Assembly: GCA_046757025.1 (NCBI GenBank)
Contig: JBHHXN010000021.1
Location: 1 to 48,320, forward strand
Reading direction: 5' to 3'
DNA from: a bacterium
GTDB lineage: Bacteria > Zhuqueibacterota > Zhuqueibacteria > Oceanimicrobiales > Oceanimicrobiaceae
Length of the DNA: 48,320 bases
In this document: positions 36,911-47,561 of the stretch, in pieces
How the letters are laid out: every line of letters begins with the position of its first letter
How positions within the stretch are numbered: position 1 is the first letter of the stretch
Translations under genes and position numbers: made by a program
The notes under the pieces: model-generated
What the model saw: only the letters and a program-made list of their open reading frames with translations
Database searches by the model: none
Told to the model about the DNA's origin: nothing

Positions 36911-38107
36911 ATGAAAACAATCATGACCATTTTCCGGAAGGAGTTTATCGATACTTTACGAGACCGGCGAACGATTATTACCATGGTGCTGGTGCCGCTG
37001 CTGCTGTTTCCGGTCATCATGACGGTTATGACCAAGGTGCAAACATCCCAAATTAAAAAAGCTAAGGAAAAAGTACTGAAGGTCGGGCTGGTTCATTATG
37101 CACAAGCAGCAGAATTCATAAAAAAATTGCAGGAACGCGATGATATGAAAATCGTAGAAAACATCGATCCGGACAGCGCTCGAAGCTTCATCAGGTCTGA
37201 CAGCCTGGACGCTGCCATCATCTTCAAAGAAAATTTTGATCAGCGCGTGCAAGAACTGCGATCTGGTAGAATTACATTTTACTACAAATCCACCGAAGAG
37301 GGCGACAACATTACTAAGCGGCGCCTGATAAAATTAATTGATGAATACGAAGAAACCCTGATCAGCAGACGTTTTAATGAATTGAATTTAGACAAAAAGA
37401 TTGCCGAGCCATTAAACCTGGTGGAAGTGAATATCGCTACCCCAAAAGAACGTCTGGGTCAGGCAATCGGCGGATTTCTACCCTATTTGTTTATCATTTT
37501 TTGTTTTATGGGCAGCATGTACCCGGCTATCGATCTCGGAGCCGGCGAAAAAGAACGCGGCACCATCGAGACTCTGCTCACCTCACCAGCAAATCGTTTT
37601 CAAATCCTTTTGGGTAAGTATGGGGTAGTGGTTTTAACCGGTATCACATCCGCGGCTATCGCGATGATCGGACTTTATCTATCCATAAAACGAATGCCGG
37701 AAATTCCAAAAGATTTTCTGGATTTGCTCATGGGCATTCTCGAAGTGAAGTCGATCGCACTGGTTTTGTCGCTTCTGCTGCCATTGTCAATATTTTTCGC
37801 AGGTATTTTACTTTCTATTTCCATTTACGCCAAATCCTTCAAAGAAGCCCAAAGCCTGATCACCCCGTTGAATATCATCGTTATTCTGCCGGCGGTTATT
37901 GGTCTGCTGCCCGGTATGACGCTCAATTCCACCACCGCCCTCATGCCCATATTGAACATTTCGCTGGCCACCAAAGACATCATTTCCGGCACCATTCAAA
38001 TCGGATTATTAGCCGAAGTTTACGCGTCGCTTTTTCTGCTGGCGGGATTGAGTCTGTTTTTTTGTTCGAAATGGTTTGAACGGGAAAGTATCATTTTTCG
38101 AATTTGA
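36911..38107 (+). CDS. ABC transporter permease, NatB-like
   Basis: KEFIDTLRDRRT, AGEKERGTIETLL, AKSFKEAQS. Confidence 0.9.
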   Translation: MKTIMTIFRKEFIDTLRDRRTIITMVLVPLLLFPVIMTVMTKVQTSQIKKAKEKVLKVGLVHYAQAAEFIKKLQERDDMKIVENIDPDSARSFIRSDSLDAAIIFKENFDQRVQELRSGRITFYYKSTEEGDNITKRRLIKLIDEYEETLISRRFNELNLDKKIAEPLNLVEVNIATPKERLGQAIGGFLPYLFIIFCFMGSMYPAIDLGAGEKERGTIETLLTSPANRFQILLGKYGVVVLTGITSAAIAMIGLYLSIKRMPEIPKDFLDLLMGILEVKSIALVLSLLLPLSIFFAGILLSISIYAKSFKEAQSLITPLNIIVILPAVIGLLPGMTLNSTTALMPILNISLATKDIISGTIQIGLLAEVYASLFLLAGLSLFFCSKWFERESIIFRI

Positions 38108-38314
38108 CCACGACCAGAAAGGGTTTTTTGAAGGCTCTTTGACCCCATTAGGAATAATGTTGTCATATTCGATAAAAAATTCTTATATGTAGACGAATAA
38201 TTAATAGAGTATCGCCAAAACTGGCAAATCTATTTGTGTGATTAAAAATGATCTTATACTAGACAACTCCTTTGCAGAGAAGCATTTTAGGAAGATATGG
38301 AATAAGTAGAACCA

Positions 38315-39421
38315 ATGAACAATAAAATCCGCGTAGCCATCCTCTTCGGCGGCAAATCCGCTGAACACGAAGTTTCCCTGCAGTCGGCGAAAAATGTCAT
38401 AGAAGCCATCGACAAAAGTAAATACGAAGTGGTCTTGATCGGCATCGACAAACAGGGACGCTGGTACTTAAATGAAGCTTCCAATTATTTGTTGCACGCA
38501 GAAAGTCCAAAACTCATCGCCCTCAACAAATCCAACAAGAACGTTGCGTTGGTGACTGGCAGCAGCGGGGAACGCGAGCTGGTAAGCGTGAACGATCACG
38601 CTTCCTTTGGCAGCATAGACGTTGTGTTCCCAGTATTGCACGGCACCTACGGTGAAGACGGCGCCATTCAGGGCTTGTTGAAACTGGCGAATGTGCCCTT
38701 CGTGGGCGCGGGAGTTTTAGGATCCGCTGTCGGCATGGACAAAGATGTGATGAAGCGATTACTACGCGACGCCGGCATCCCGAACGCCCATTTTCAAGTT
38801 TTTCAGCGGGAAAACAAAGACCAAATTAATTTCGAACTAATTAGAAAGCAACTGGGCCAGCCGATTTTTATTAAACCAGCGAATCTCGGCTCCTCCGTCG
38901 GCATTCACAAAGTTGAATCGCTTGCGCAATTCGAAAACGCGGTTGAGGACGCCTTTCATTACGATAATAAGATCATCGTAGAAGAGGCCATCGCAGGCAG
39001 GGAGATCGAATGCTCGGTACTGGGAAACGAAGATCCCATCGCCTCGATGCCCGGGGAAATCGTCCCTCAACACGAATTCTATTCCTACGAAGCCAAATAC
39101 ATCGATGAGCAGGGAGCGCTGCTTGAAATCCCGGCCAAACTGTCAGATGAAATCGTCAAGAAAGTTCAGGAGCTGGCGGTTCAAACGTTCAAAGTGTTAT
39201 GCTGCGAAGGCATGGCGCGGGTGGACATGTTTTTGACCGAAGACCAAAAACTCTATGTGAACGAATTGAACAGCATTCCGGGCTTCACTAAAATCAGTAT
39301 GTATCCCAAGCTTTGGGAAATCAGCGGCATTCCCTACTCTGAATTGATCGACCGCCTGATTCAATTGGCGATGGCCAGATTTAACCAAGAAAAAGAATTG
39401 AAAACCGCTGTCGAGTTATAG
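38315..39421 (+). CDS. ddlA: D-alanine--D-alanine ligase
   Basis: FGGKSAEHEVS, LHGTYGEDG, KPANLGSSVG, FYSYEAKY, NELNSIPGFT. Confidence 0.96.
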   Translation: MNNKIRVAILFGGKSAEHEVSLQSAKNVIEAIDKSKYEVVLIGIDKQGRWYLNEASNYLLHAESPKLIALNKSNKNVALVTGSSGERELVSVNDHASFGSIDVVFPVLHGTYGEDGAIQGLLKLANVPFVGAGVLGSAVGMDKDVMKRLLRDAGIPNAHFQVFQRENKDQINFELIRKQLGQPIFIKPANLGSSVGIHKVESLAQFENAVEDAFHYDNKIIVEEAIAGREIECSVLGNEDPIASMPGEIVPQHEFYSYEAKYIDEQGALLEIPAKLSDEIVKKVQELAVQTFKVLCCEGMARVDMFLTEDQKLYVNELNSIPGFTKISMYPKLWEISGIPYSELIDRLIQLAMARFNQEKELKTAVEL

Positions 39422-39709
39422 ACAAATAAACCTGGGGCTGAAATTTTCATGCAAGCCCGAAAGTATCGAACTATGAAACAAATCAGGTTTGTTTCATCCC
39501 ACCCTGCTGATCCGAGTTCACCGTCAGTTTCATCACTTGCGCTGTGTTGAGTCATATTCCTCATCAAAACAACTCTCGAAAAAACGCAAAATAAACTGAG
39601 AGAATTTCAGTAAAAGATTTGTCTATTTATGTAAAATCTCTTCGATTTTCATTGGCCATTTTAATGGACCATAAAATGTATCAAGAAATTTCAAGAGAGG
39701 GATGATCGC

Positions 39710-40195
39710 ATGGATTCAAATTACGAATATTTAGAAGAAGAAAAGAGCCACCTCGAATCACAGATGCTTTCGGGGGCTAACTGGTTTTTCTGGATCGCGG
39801 GGTTGTCTCTGGTCAATTCGCTGGTATTTATGTTTGGTGGTCAAGTCAACTTCATCATCGGAATGGGCGTCACCCAGATCATCGACGGTATTGGGTTCGA
39901 ATTGGCTAACGGCATGGGGAACAGCGCGCTCGCTTTCTTCTTCGGTGTCAACGTCTTCATAGTAGGTTTTTTTGTGCTTTTCGGCTACTTTGCCCGTCTC
40001 GGAAATCGCTGGGCCTTTGCTATCGGTATGATCGTGTATTCATTAGATGGCCTACTGTTTCTGTTTGTTCAAGATTTTGTTGGGATAGGATTTCATGGCC
40101 TGGCGCTGTTTTATCTATTCCGCGGTGTCAAAGCTTGTGGCATGCTGCACGAGTCTAAATTTAAGGCCATGAACACCATCGGGCAATTGCGCTAA
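39710..40195 (+). CDS. Hypothetical multi-TM membrane protein
   Basis: GANWFFWIAGLSLVNS motif; 4-5 hydrophobic segments; GAGGGA RBS. Confidence 0.82.
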   Translation: MDSNYEYLEEEKSHLESQMLSGANWFFWIAGLSLVNSLVFMFGGQVNFIIGMGVTQIIDGIGFELANGMGNSALAFFFGVNVFIVGFFVLFGYFARLGNRWAFAIGMIVYSLDGLLFLFVQDFVGIGFHGLALFYLFRGVKACGMLHESKFKAMNTIGQLR

Positions 40196-40235
40196 CCGCA
40201 CAAAAAGCGTTTACTATTTTTCGTCATAATGCAAG

Positions 40236-40338
40236 ACAATTTTATGGTGGATGGATTAAATTCCTCCGTTCCACGGCCGGGTGCTTCCTCCTCAAACCTT
40301 TCCACTGCGGTGGAAAGTCAAGCACCCGGTATTTTTTT
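40236..40338 (+). ncRNA. Candidate small RNA or structured 3' element ending in a terminator
   Basis: Two hairpins each carrying TTCCTCC; closing stem CCGGGTGCTT/AAGCACCCGG followed by a T tract. Confidence 0.4.
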
Positions 40339-40699
40339 GTGCTGCGCATTGTCCAGTGCATGGGTTTAAATTAACTTCCCTTTTCATCTTAATCTCACAA
40401 AAGCATCGTTTAAGTGCGACAAAACAATCTTGATAAAGCCTTTCTATTTACGTTTAGTTTATTATCTTATGAAAATAAATTCGACCATTTCTAATTCTGT
40501 CGTCAAAGAATTAAACCTCGAGCTGTGCCCCAAAAGACTCTCAATGCACTTGTCTTCATGCTGAGTCCTGAAGTCATTTCGGAAAAGCATAACTGTTTCT
40601 CTGCAACTGACGACACTCTTTCATCGACGCAGTCAATCCAGAGCTTGACGAAGGACTCAGGAAAAAAAGCGACTTTTGGGACAGTCACAGGAATGCGAC

Positions 40700-41038
40700 T
40701 TATTTCAAAGCGGCTCTTAATTGGTAGCCGGTCATCGCGGCAAGTCCGCCCACCAAACCTCCAATCACAGCCGATATGAACAGCAACAGAACAGGAATTG
40801 AAATATGGAACATCTCCCCCACTCTGGTGGTGAGAATGCCGCCAGAGCTGAAATGAAAGTAGCCTGCGGTTGCCAGCCACAGCAGCCCGATGCCGACGAA
40901 GCCGGCCCAGAATGCCCTCCAGCCGGATTGGCTTCGCCACCAGCCAACCACCAACGCCACCAGCGCAATCGACCACCAGGGCAACACAAGCTCTGCCACA
41001 AACCCGGCCACTAAGATCATTAGAACGGCAAAAATCAT
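40700..41038 (-). CDS. Small membrane protein coupled to the acylase gene
   Basis: ATGA overlap; LPWWSIA..AFWAGFVGIGLLW hydrophobic pattern. Confidence 0.8.
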   Translation of the reverse strand: MIFAVLMILVAGFVAELVLPWWSIALVALVVGWWRSQSGWRAFWAGFVGIGLLWLATAGYFHFSSGGILTTRVGEMFHISIPVLLLFISAVIGGLVGGLAAMTGYQLRAALK

Positions 41039-43464
41039 TTTCCCTCCAAAAATAACTTTGACACAATTCGCTCATCTTGCTCTTCTGGGGACTTCAGAAA
41101 TAGCAGCTCCGCTAATTTCCCTTTAACCCAACTTTCGATAAAATCATCATAGTGCGGGCTACCCGGATTGCCCGACTGCCCGCCGGGGTAAATGCCCCAG
41201 GCTTTCACTTCCGGCTCAAACGCCACCACCATGCGCCAGGAAGGCCCGTGCCGGCGACCAGTAGCGTTGACGATGCCCAGATCGCCGCCCACATCCAGGT
41301 CCATCCTACCCAGGCCCGGAATGCGCGCCAGATGCAAAATGTCCGTGCCTTTGTATTGGCCCCACTGCCACTTTTCACTTATTTCACCCCGTTCTTCTAC
41401 CATCTGGTTGAAAGCCGCTTTAAAAGTGCGATTGACTAATTCAGCCAATGTTTCAATGGGCTCGGTTTGCACATCGTCAAACCATTCTGCCTGGTGTTCT
41501 TTTGTGATCATCTGAATGGTTCTATCTCCGGATGGATAGCGCAGGTAGCCGATTTGCCCACCGAATTCATCCTGCCAGATGGTCTGGAAGAGTTTGTTCC
41601 ACCACAAATCAAAAATCGTTGGGGCGAGTTTGTCGGCATCAAAATGGAAGTTCCAGGCATGCAATTCTTTCAAAACCGCGGATTCACTCGCGCTCAGATT
41701 TTCTCTCTCGACCAGATCGAGCAAGGTTGGCAGCAAGGCTTCTGCCTGTAAATCGCGCGTGTCGAGCTGCAAGCGTCGAATAGCATCGGGGGTAATCTTT
41801 TCCATGTTCGACAAAAGCTGATTGATTCGGTGGCCGCGATTGGACGACGCAAACCGCCAGCTCAAAAAATAGGGATACGAGGGGTCGGTGGCATTCTGGT
41901 TGGCTGAGCTGACAAAGCCGCGCTCGGGATTTTTAATGTGCGGCTTTTGCTCATGCGGAATCCAGGCCTGCCAATCGTAACGGGGATCGCTGCCATCCCC
42001 GATGTACTTGCCCTGATTGCGCCATTTCGCCGGAAATTTTCCGTTGTGCCATAAAGCGATATCGCCGTGTTTATCTGCAAAAGCAAAATTTTGTGCAGGG
42101 CAGCCGTAATCGGCCAGGGCAGCCACGTAGTCATCATAATTCTGTGCCCGGTTGAGTTTGTAGAACGCCAGCGCTTCGCTAGTGGGATCGTGGCCGAGCC
42201 AGCGCACGGCATAGCCGGGCGGCACCTGACGGCTGAACGGCTTCTCGGTTTTCAGGTAAGGCACCGGCCCATGATGCGTGAACACTACGGTATCGACGAC
42301 AGTTTCGCCGCCGCGAACCTGGATGATTTCTATGCGGCGCTGCGTGGCCTGCCATTTCCCATCATACCAGTAAGCGTTCATGGTGGAATCTTGAAATTGA
42401 ATTTCATACCAGTCCATGACATCGGCTTGCGAGTTGGTGACCCCCCAGGCGATGTTTTCGTTGAATCCGATGATGACATTCGGCGAGCCCGGCAAAGTGA
42501 CCCCATAAACGTTCACACCCGGTGCCACGAGCTGCAGCTCATACCATATGGATGGCAAATTCAATTCCAAATGGGGATCGTTAGACAAAATCGGATAACC
42601 GCTGGCGGTTTTTTTGCCGGATACTGCCCAGTTGTTGCTGCCATTCGCGGCGTCAGCCTGGAGCGGTAAAATTTTGTCGACTATTTTGGGGGTGAAAAAA
42701 TGTTGCGGCATTTTCAATTTGATCGGACTGAAATTCCACGGAGTACCGACGGGAATCACCGGGTCCGCGTTCGCGGGGTAGTGCGGAAACAACTCATCCA
42801 TTACCTCCGGTCCAAACCGCGCCAGGGTGTTGCTCATCTGCAAGTCCGAGCTGCGGCCGGTGAGCATCCAGGCCATGTATTTGAGCAGCAGCGCACACTT
42901 CAGCGGAGTCCAGGCTTCGGGTTCGTAATCCAATATTTTGTACTCCAGCGGATATTCCGCCGGCGTCAACGATTCGATGTAGGCGTTCACGCCATCTGTG
43001 TAAGCCTGTACCACCGCCTTGATTTTAGAATTTGCCTGCATGAATTGCAGGGCTTTTTCAGCGCCGTAAACCATGCCGATTCGGCGTTGAAAGCGGTCGT
43101 ATTCAAGGGCGCGCCGGCCGATGATCTCAGACAACCGCCCGGCGGCTGCATGCGTCTGGAACTCCATCTGCCACAACCGGTTTTGGGCTGTAACATATCC
43201 CTGAGCAAAATATAAATCGTGCTCGTTTTCGGCGAAAATGTGTGGAATCTGCCGGTCGTCCAATAAAATGGTTACCGATTCCTCTAGACCGGTGACATGC
43301 GTGGTTATTTCATTTGCTTCGGTTGAAAATTTCGTGTTTCGCCAGAAGCCGTGAATGGGATCGAGGAATTTTCCCAGCGGCGGCAGGGCGGCAATTTTTA
43401 TATTTAAAATAACGATCAACGCGCATGTAACGACCAAAGAAATGACGAATTTCAGCCAGTGCAT
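41035..43464 (-). CDS. Penicillin acylase family (Ntn hydrolase) protein
   Basis: Start reassigned to MHWLKF (GAGGGAG RBS); IPHIFA, GSNNWAV (Ser nucleophile), NDPHL, PGGQSGNP. Confidence 0.93.
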   Translation of the reverse strand: MHWLKFVISLVVTCALIVILNIKIAALPPLGKFLDPIHGFWRNTKFSTEANEITTHVTGLEESVTILLDDRQIPHIFAENEHDLYFAQGYVTAQNRLWQMEFQTHAAAGRLSEIIGRRALEYDRFQRRIGMVYGAEKALQFMQANSKIKAVVQAYTDGVNAYIESLTPAEYPLEYKILDYEPEAWTPLKCALLLKYMAWMLTGRSSDLQMSNTLARFGPEVMDELFPHYPANADPVIPVGTPWNFSPIKLKMPQHFFTPKIVDKILPLQADAANGSNNWAVSGKKTASGYPILSNDPHLELNLPSIWYELQLVAPGVNVYGVTLPGSPNVIIGFNENIAWGVTNSQADVMDWYEIQFQDSTMNAYWYDGKWQATQRRIEIIQVRGGETVVDTVVFTHHGPVPYLKTEKPFSRQVPPGYAVRWLGHDPTSEALAFYKLNRAQNYDDYVAALADYGCPAQNFAFADKHGDIALWHNGKFPAKWRNQGKYIGDGSDPRYDWQAWIPHEQKPHIKNPERGFVSSANQNATDPSYPYFLSWRFASSNRGHRINQLLSNMEKITPDAIRRLQLDTRDLQAEALLPTLLDLVERENLSASESAVLKELHAWNFHFDADKLAPTIFDLWWNKLFQTIWQDEFGGQIGYLRYPSGDRTIQMITKEHQAEWFDDVQTEPIETLAELVNRTFKAAFNQMVEERGEISEKWQWGQYKGTDILHLARIPGLGRMDLDVGGDLGIVNATGRRHGPSWRMVVAFEPEVKAWGIYPGGQSGNPGSPHYDDFIESWVKGKLAELLFLKSPEEQDERIVSKLFLEGK

Positions 43465-43589
43465 GTCTTGTTCTCCCTCATGAAAGATTGGGGTTCGATT
43501 TGAGTGGTGAAAAGAGGTAAAAATAAAATAATTCCCAATATAAACTTCAGAAAACAAAAAGCAAAGATTTTGTAAGGAATGCCTTCATT

Positions 43590-45953
43590 TTATGTTTGCG
43601 TGGAAATTTCAGAATGAATGGAAAGACATTTTAGCTGCACTTCAAAAACGGTCTCCTGGCCGGGAATACTGGCCACGGTAATTTTCCCATTATGCGCTTC
43701 CACCACGCTCTTGCAGATGGCCAGGCCCAGTCCCGAGCCCTTTATTTTGTGTTTGGAATTTTTACCGCGGTAAAAACGATCAAATATTTTATCGACTTCA
43801 TTTGCGGGAATACCTAGTCCGGTGTCAGTCACTTTCAGAATAATTTCCTCGTTGAAACACGCCAGACTGAGACCGACCTTGTGCCCGGTGCTACAAAATT
43901 TGAGGGCGTTCTCCAACAGATTAAAAACCACTTCGTTAAGCCGGTTGGAATCGCCGCTAACGTAACAATTTTTTTGGATTTGGTGATGAAGCTCAATGCC
44001 TTTATCTTCAGCAATTTTGCGGGCGTGTTTCATCTGACTTTCACAAATGGCAGAAAAATCCACCGTGTCCTGCAAGGCGGCGATATTATCGGTGTCGGCT
44101 CGGGCCAGCGTCAGCAAATTGTCGACGATTTTCGACAGGTATTCCGTTTCTTCTGCCACGATGTGCAGCACCTCCTGATTCTTTTCAGGATTTTTCTCCC
44201 ACTTTCTGGCGATTTCAATACCGCTTTTAATGAGGGTTAAGGGTGTGCGCAAATGGTGAGACGCATCGGAAACAAAATTTGATTTTAGGCGGTCCAGTTC
44301 TTGCAGTTTAATATTGGCCTCCTTGAGCTCCTGGTAGAGTTTGGCATGCATGACCGCGATTCCCAGCTCGTATTGAACAGAAGCCAGCAAACTTCGGTTG
44401 ATGGTTTGACCGGTGCGTTCATCTTCAAATAGCAAAACAAAAGTGCCGATCCAATTGCCTTTAGCAGAAAGGGGGACGCAAATTCTAAACAGACCCTCGT
44501 CTGAATGTGGGCTCTGTATTATGCCTTCCACAATTTTGTCTTTGTTTTGAGAACGGGCATTCACGCACACTGCACAATCTTTTGAAATCTGCTGAGCACC
44601 GCAGAAATCCTGATAATAAGTTCGGGCTTCCCGGGATGATCTGAATCCAACAAAAGAAACCACTTTTGCATGATCGTTTTCTTGTAAAGTCACCCAACCC
44701 CGGGTGGCTGAAAAAATTTCAATCAAGCGCAGTAACGCCCCGTCAACGGCTTTATCCAGTTCTAGACTTTCATTGACTTTCATGATAACCGAATTAAGCG
44801 CGGCTAATTCTTCGTTATTTTTAATGATTTCGTGCTCAAACTGCTTTAAGCGCGTGATGTCGCTGAATGCGACGCTGTATAATTCACTGTCCGAGCCAAC
44901 TTCCTCACCGGCAGAAACCTCACTTGTTTCATTCCGCAGCCGGGTTGTATTCATAAGAACATCGATGGCGGGTCCGGATTTTGGTAAGATTCTGAGCTCA
45001 ACGTCAGCCACGACACCAGATTGCGTTATTTGGTGCCAGATAGCCGGCCAACCCAGCTCATGTGGTTCCACAGTTTGAACGAATTCGCTTAAATATTTAT
45101 TTACAATTTCGTGTTTATCAAAATCCAGAGCTTGCAATGCGTGCTGGTTACAGTCCAAAATTCTGCCCTCCGCATCCAGGCTAAAAAACATCGCCGGCGC
45201 GTTTTCATACAAGTTCTGGTAACGCTCTTGTGAAATCAGCAGGCGTTGGTGCCGCAGTCTTAAGTCCGCCATCATTTGATTGAAGAGCCTGGCTAAGCGG
45301 CCGATTTCATCCTGAGAAGAAACCGCCACGTCTCCTGTGTATAAAGTTTTTTTTATGATTTCCTGCATTTGTTGGTACAACTTAGAAATGGAAAAGGTGA
45401 TGCGTTTGATGACACCATTAATGAATACAAATCCGATTAAAAAGGACAAAAACGTAATGATCACCGTGACCAATCGCACCTGTTTGATCTTTTTATTCAA
45501 ATTTTGCAAGCCGTAACCCAGCACGAGAAAACCCAGAGTTTCACTTTCTGTGCCCGGTATTTTCTGTTTTATAACCACGGCATCCGGCGTTCTCACCACG
45601 CTGGAGGTGTCCCCCATCACGCTATCTTGCAACAACAGGTCTTGAGGATTATACACATCCAATTCCTTCCCATCCTCTTCCAGAAAATAAATGTACAATA
45701 TATTATTATTGAGACGGGCATTATTGACGGCGGTTTGCAAATGTTCGAAACTGTGATGGCTGAGCGCGTACGAAACCGAAACGGAAAACAGCTCCACGAT
45801 TCGCTGTGCTTCTCGAGTATGCGACTCCACCAGGCTGTTCTTAAAATAAATCGGAAAGTAAATGTAAATGGCAATCAGCATGACAGCCAATGCCGTAATC
45901 ATGGGGACGATCAGCTTAACACGGATGGGTAAATTTCGAAAAGTAAGATTCAT
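43590..45953 (-). CDS. Membrane sensor histidine kinase (HAMP-PAS-GAF-HisKA-HATPase)
   Basis: Two TMs; DEIGRLARLFNQM; PAS; GAF; SHHLRTPL; NLLENALKF; DTGLGI; GSGLGL. Confidence 0.93.
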   Translation of the reverse strand: MNLTFRNLPIRVKLIVPMITALAVMLIAIYIYFPIYFKNSLVESHTREAQRIVELFSVSVSYALSHHSFEHLQTAVNNARLNNNILYIYFLEEDGKELDVYNPQDLLLQDSVMGDTSSVVRTPDAVVIKQKIPGTESETLGFLVLGYGLQNLNKKIKQVRLVTVIITFLSFLIGFVFINGVIKRITFSISKLYQQMQEIIKKTLYTGDVAVSSQDEIGRLARLFNQMMADLRLRHQRLLISQERYQNLYENAPAMFFSLDAEGRILDCNQHALQALDFDKHEIVNKYLSEFVQTVEPHELGWPAIWHQITQSGVVADVELRILPKSGPAIDVLMNTTRLRNETSEVSAGEEVGSDSELYSVAFSDITRLKQFEHEIIKNNEELAALNSVIMKVNESLELDKAVDGALLRLIEIFSATRGWVTLQENDHAKVVSFVGFRSSREARTYYQDFCGAQQISKDCAVCVNARSQNKDKIVEGIIQSPHSDEGLFRICVPLSAKGNWIGTFVLLFEDERTGQTINRSLLASVQYELGIAVMHAKLYQELKEANIKLQELDRLKSNFVSDASHHLRTPLTLIKSGIEIARKWEKNPEKNQEVLHIVAEETEYLSKIVDNLLTLARADTDNIAALQDTVDFSAICESQMKHARKIAEDKGIELHHQIQKNCYVSGDSNRLNEVVFNLLENALKFCSTGHKVGLSLACFNEEIILKVTDTGLGIPANEVDKIFDRFYRGKNSKHKIKGSGLGLAICKSVVEAHNGKITVASIPGQETVFEVQLKCLSIHSEISTQT

Positions 45954-45971
45954 GCCAGATGGAGGCGGAGT

Positions 45972-46499
45972 TTAATGTTTGTTTGATTTCTTTTTTGTTT
46001 TAATGTTTTTTTTGAAAGTGTAATTTGGATCGAGAAAATTATGACCGTCGATTACAACAGCCCTGACCGAATCGCTTTTATTTATTTTGAACTCTTCAGC
46101 GCTTAAAAAGCCAATGGTGTTACCCTTAGACAAAAGGCATTTCATAAATTTATTCATTGCTGAAAAATTTTTCGGCGGCAAAACCCGCTCGCCTGAGAAA
46201 ATCAACCTCAGCCAGTGTTTACCAATGGCATACGCATCGAGGTTGTATAATTTTTTATAAAATTCATCGCTCACAGATGAAAATTCCACGATCTGAAATA
46301 GCCGCCCGTCACCTTTTTCAACTGGCTGGCCTTTAAATATTTTCTGAAGGGTTTTGGTGGAAAGGCTATCGACCGGGCTTTTAGCTGGTACCACAATCAC
46401 AATTTGAGCCGCTAAGGAACCGGCCATGAGCAGGGTCAGTATGACTGCAAAGAGCGCAGTTTTACAGCGTGATTTTCTGGTTAAAAATTTGGGCAGCAT
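45972..46499 (-). CDS. Small periplasmic binding-protein-like protein (PstS-like short family)
   Basis: Signal peptide; IVIVVPAKSPVDSLSTKTLQKIFKG..WLRLIFSG..PP..IGF pattern. Confidence 0.75.
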   Translation of the reverse strand: MLPKFLTRKSRCKTALFAVILTLLMAGSLAAQIVIVVPAKSPVDSLSTKTLQKIFKGQPVEKGDGRLFQIVEFSSVSDEFYKKLYNLDAYAIGKHWLRLIFSGERVLPPKNFSAMNKFMKCLLSKGNTIGFLSAEEFKINKSDSVRAVVIDGHNFLDPNYTFKKNIKTKKKSNKH

Positions 46500-46508
46500 T
46501 CGATTTGT

Positions 46509-47561
46509 TTAAAATATCACAGCTAAGGACGCGATGGCCAAAATGTAATTCGTACGGGGAGCATTTTCGACATACCAGAAATGCACCTCCGCTTTCGCCA
46601 CCACCTGATGGATAATTTGCAAACTGGTCGCGATTGTGAAATCCTTTTCTAAATCGTTGGAGATTTGGCGATCGGAATCAAAAATATCGTAGCGCACCAG
46701 CAGCGATTGGCGGCCAAAAATATGATAGGCAATTTCACCATAAATGGCATTTGCCCGCAATCCTCTGGCAGCCGTATTCCCGTTGTCCAGAATAGAATGC
46801 GCATATTCCCCGCTGATACGCAATTTATTAAATTCAAAACGCAGATCCCAGGCATGAGAGGTTTGACGTGTATTTTCAGCCAGTCCGTTTTTTCCCGTGT
46901 AGAAGGAATAGCCCAATTTCAAACCCATGCCGGGAATATCCGATTGAATTCGCAAGCCAAACGCTTTATCCGAATTATCGTCCTGCTCAAACGCATTGTC
47001 CCCTCGACCGTTGGCTAAAAAAATCTGATATTTAAATTGAGCGCCGCGGTAGTCGAAGGTGCCCAATGCTTGTACTCCCAAGGAAAATTTCGAGTAAAAT
47101 TTTTGGGAGTCGCCAAAGGGATTTTCGTGTTGCCCGTAAATGGATCGAGGCAGAATGGAAGTATCGAAAGCCGGCGCCGCATCGTGTATTTCATTATAAA
47201 TACCATAAGGCGTTAAAAACTTACCAAATCGCAATTTGAACTTTGTGAGAAATGCATATTCAAACCAGGCTCTTTCAATGCGCACGATGCCAAAACTCCT
47301 GCCGGCTTCTTCTTCCTCGGTGTCGGCTCCGTGTTCCCATTCAATTTCACCGAAAACCCGCGCTTGGGGATTGATCAAGTAATTCCCCAGCAAATTAAAA
47401 TGGTGCAAATCAAACGTCCCCCGTCGGCTCACTGAATCCTTATTGCCGATTTCCGCCTCAAAAGTCAAATAACCGTGTGGTCCAATGAGTTCCTGAGCAG
47501 CAGCAAACTCAACTAACAAAAAGAAGATAAATAAAAGGAAAGGATACTTTTTGTGGATCAT
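46509..47561 (-). CDS. Outer-membrane beta-barrel/porin (350 aa)
   Basis: Start reassigned to MIHKKY (ATGA overlap with the regulator); signal peptide; EIEWEH, IERAWFEY, GKFLTPYG; terminal Phe. Confidence 0.82.
   Translation of the reverse strand: MIHKKYPFLLFIFFLLVEFAAAQELIGPHGYLTFEAEIGNKDSVSRRGTFDLHHFNLLGNYLINPQARVFGEIEWEHGADTEEEEAGRSFGIVRIERAWFEYAFLTKFKLRFGKFLTPYGIYNEIHDAAPAFDTSILPRSIYGQHENPFGDSQKFYSKFSLGVQALGTFDYRGAQFKYQIFLANGRGDNAFEQDDNSDKAFGLRIQSDIPGMGLKLGYSFYTGKNGLAENTRQTSHAWDLRFEFNKLRISGEYAHSILDNGNTAARGLRANAIYGEIAYHIFGRQSLLVRYDIFDSDRQISNDLEKDFTIATSLQIIHQVVAKAEVHFWYVENAPRTNYILAIASLAVIF

Noticed and set aside
43465..43557. N-terminal extension of the acylase in the ORF track
   Set aside because: The RBS and signal-anchor fit the ATG at 43464.
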